The notes under the pieces: generated by a model
The model's database searches: none
What the model saw: only the letters and a program-made list of their open reading frames with translations
What the model was told of the DNA's origin: nothing
Shown: positions 35,411 to 37,419 of the stretch, in pieces
How the letters are laid out: every line of letters starts with the position of its first letter
Numbering within the stretch: position 1 is the first letter of the stretch
Virus record (IMG/VR): IMGVR_UViG_3300032030_000021
Coordinates: 93,122 to 130,540 of that record
DNA length: 37,419 nt
Direction: 5' to 3' (one strand)
DNA from: a virus
Lineage: Duplodnaviria > Heunggongvirae > Uroviricota > Caudoviricetes
Made by a program: the position numbers and the translations under genes

Positions 35411-35806
35411 ATGACTGAACAAGAAAAACAACTGCTGTTGAAAGACCTTTGTGCAAGGTTGCCGTATAAAGTAAAGGGGATGGTGGAAACCACAGACGGC
35501 AACGGAAAAGAGATTAAAGATGAAGGGGTGCTTAATAGCGTCTTCATCAATGAGTATGGCAAGGCATATATCTGTATTGAGGGTATGGAGTATGAACTTG
35601 ACGATTTCAAACCTTACCTCCGCCCGATGAGTGATATGACGGAGGATGAAAAGGGTCAATATAATATTATAAAATGTTCCATTTGTCCTGATGATGCTGA
35701 TGATTACGCAGGATTTGTTGATTGGCTCAACGAACACCATCTCGACTACCGTGAATTGATACCGATGGGATTGGCATTGGAAGCACCTGAAGGGATGTAT
35801 AGTTAA
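35411..35806 (+). CDS. KDLCARLPY-family phage protein
   Basis: MTEQEKQLLLKDLCARLPY...PYLRPMSDMT...GLALEAPEGMY. Confidence 0.8.
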   Translation: MTEQEKQLLLKDLCARLPYKVKGMVETTDGNGKEIKDEGVLNSVFINEYGKAYICIEGMEYELDDFKPYLRPMSDMTEDEKGQYNIIKCSICPDDADDYAGFVDWLNEHHLDYRELIPMGLALEAPEGMYS

Positions 35807-36012
35807 ACCTATTACATTTAAAGAAATGAGAAATTTAATCGTATTAATAGATGAAATGTTGGCGGAAATACCGTCAAAAGAAAAACATCTTATTGAGTCG
35901 CTGAAAGAAAAACAGGAATATCAAGCGGAAACATTTATTCATGTTGTATAAATAGAACAATAATTACAAGAGCAGGAAACAAATCAAAAATAACAACTGC
36001 TGGAGGATTTGT

Positions 36013-36297
36013 ATGGAAATTCAAAGAAATATAAATAAGGCAAAAGCGCGTGAATTAGCAAATCGCACAGAATGCAATGGGATGGTTTGCTGGCAATGTA
36101 AAGAGTATGCTGCATTAGAAACGGCTGAATGGAAAGAACAGCAGATGATTGAAAAGGCGTGCGAGTGGCTGGAAGATATGGCTTGTTACTATGCGCATTG
36201 GGAATATAACGGAGACACTTACGAAAAAGAGATTGTTTTTGACACCCAAAAATTTATCGAAGATTTCCAAAAAGCAATGGAAGGAGGCGAGGAATGA
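36013..36297 (+). CDS. small phage protein (IEKACEWL motif)
   Basis: QQMIEKACEWL...FIEDFQKAME pattern typical of Bacteroidota phage accessory genes. Confidence 0.7.
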   Translation: MEIQRNINKAKARELANRTECNGMVCWQCKEYAALETAEWKEQQMIEKACEWLEDMACYYAHWEYNGDTYEKEIVFDTQKFIEDFQKAMEGGEE

Positions 36298-36506
36298 TGC
36301 CTGTCCCAAAAAACGAATTGCAAAAGCAATTTGAATATGAAAAATCGCTGTTAGAAAAATATGGTCATGTTTCTTCTTTAACTTTTGAAGAATGGTTAAA
36401 AATAAAAGAAACTGCGGAACATGCGTCTGAAAATAACAAATTGCAATTTTCTCCACTATGACCATAGAGGAAATTAAAGAACATATTAAATTAACAAAAA
36501 AAAACA

Positions 36507-36911
36507 ATGACAAGAGAAGATGAAATAACAAATTCTGCTAAAGAGCACGAAAAGCAAACATTTTTCTGTGATTTAGTCAAATCAGCTTCGTCAAAAGGGG
36601 TAAACAGTGCTTATGGTCTAGGTTTTATTGAAGGGGCTAAATGGGCCGACGAACACCCGCACAAACCGACAATAGAAGAAATATTGAAAGAACTGCGTGC
36701 GCATAGAGAATATACTGAACGCTTTTATAATTTAATGGGGCAAATCCCCCCTATAGAACAACTTGCAGTATTGCAAATGGAAGAAGGCGGGAAGCAAGCC
36801 GTTGACAAGGCTGTAAACTGGCTTTCATTGAACGCTGAATCATATGGCGACTTTAATCCAGGGAAATTGAACGATTTGGTAGTCGCTTTCAGAAAAGCGA
36901 TGGAGGAATAG
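36507..36911 (+). CDS. small phage protein (GAKWADEHP motif)
   Basis: GFIEGAKWADEHP and KAVNWL...FRKAME. Confidence 0.7.
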   Translation: MTREDEITNSAKEHEKQTFFCDLVKSASSKGVNSAYGLGFIEGAKWADEHPHKPTIEEILKELRAHREYTERFYNLMGQIPPIEQLAVLQMEEGGKQAVDKAVNWLSLNAESYGDFNPGKLNDLVVAFRKAMEE

Positions 36912-36919
36912 TATGGACA

Positions 36920-37108
36920 TTGTCGTTGAATATAAAACACCAGAAATGGCTACACGATGAAAGGTATAGACAATACGATGATGACAACCTTACGGATGAT
37001 GACAAAATACGTTTGTTTAACTTTTACAATTTTTCGGGAACACCCCAAACAGAAGAACATAAAAACACACTAAAAAAACTGTTAAATTATGTTGAAAAAG
37101 ATACTTGA
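36920..37108 (+). CDS. short ORF, possibly a C-terminal fragment of a DUF262-like protein
   Basis: NFSGTPQTEEH resembles that family's C-terminus; TTG start; resemblance from memory only. Confidence 0.35.
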   Translation: MSLNIKHQKWLHDERYRQYDDDNLTDDDKIRLFNFYNFSGTPQTEEHKNTLKKLLNYVEKDT

Positions 37109-37199
37109 AACAATAGTCACAAAACTATTCAATTTGACACTGTTTGACGATGAAATTCCGTTTAAGCCAAGGTATCACAAAATCAAAAAACATTGAATT

Positions 37200-37419
37200 A
37201 TGACACAAGAAGAAAAAGAACTTTTATTAAAAGACCTTTGCGCGAGGTTGCCATATAAGGTTAGATGCAAATGCGTGAGCGGTTTGGGCGGTGGTGAAAC
37301 CGAAAAGGGTGTGCTAAAATATGTTGGCAACTGCTCTGGTGTCATCAGCAACTACTATGAAGGCGTGCCACTTCATTCGGGATTCGTGAACAATGTGTTC
37401 TATCCGATTGAAAATATAA
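37200..37419 (+). CDS. KDLCARLPY-family phage protein, 3'-truncated by the window edge
   Basis: MTQEEKELLLKDLCARLPYKVRC...; second full-type paralogue in the window. Confidence 0.75.
   Translation, partial: MTQEEKELLLKDLCARLPYKVRCKCVSGLGGGETEKGVLKYVGNCSGVISNYYEGVPLHSGFVNNVFYPIENI

Noticed and set aside
667-37108. Numerous antisense or alternative-frame ORFs in the track (e.g. 667..912, 5164..5406, 10223..10690, 16665..17159, 35134..35610)
   Set aside because: They lie within better-supported genes, have no motifs or leaders, and are expected shadow ORFs.
1-37419. Stop-codon recoding (TAG or TGA read-through, as in Lak or some crAss-like phages)
   Set aside because: Long genes are intact in the standard code, and several TAG/TGA stops are followed within a few nt by the next ATG, so coding density is already high.
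1-37419. CRISPR array, tRNA or rRNA genes
   Set aside because: No regularly spaced repeats or cloverleaf-like sequences were found by eye; intergenic gaps are short and explained by terminators and promoters. A tRNAscan run would be the formal check.

Overview
This 37.4-kb, AT-rich, gene-dense window looks like part of a large lytic phage. The host is probably Bacteroidota: ATGs follow AT-rich leaders, mostly without Shine-Dalgarno sites, and several small genes are of Bacteroidota-phage type. The standard genetic code fits. Recognisable genes are a class III ribonucleotide reductase (nrdD) with a LAGLIDADG intein, a GT-B glycosyltransferase-like protein, a ribosomal protein S1 homologue, a DEDDh exonuclease, a BspA-like repeat protein, a tnpB-only IS200/IS605 element, a nucleoside deoxyribosyltransferase, HD/HAD/DHH phosphohydrolases, a radical SAM enzyme, GH16, DNA ligase and denV. 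Best candidate for an undescribed system: a radical SAM gene followed by seven paralogues sharing the N-terminus MK(V/I)Q(I/V)RxxxFETNSS(S/T)xH. Other signals are a two-copy inverted-repeat element whose 29-nt core is flipped between copies, an ESIIGRK N-terminal tag on three proteins, an intein starting with Thr, a repeated YTTAA-N16-TTATATAT promoter motif, and strong CCGG enrichment that stops at about 35.35 kb. All function calls come from motif recognition by eye; no database searches were run.
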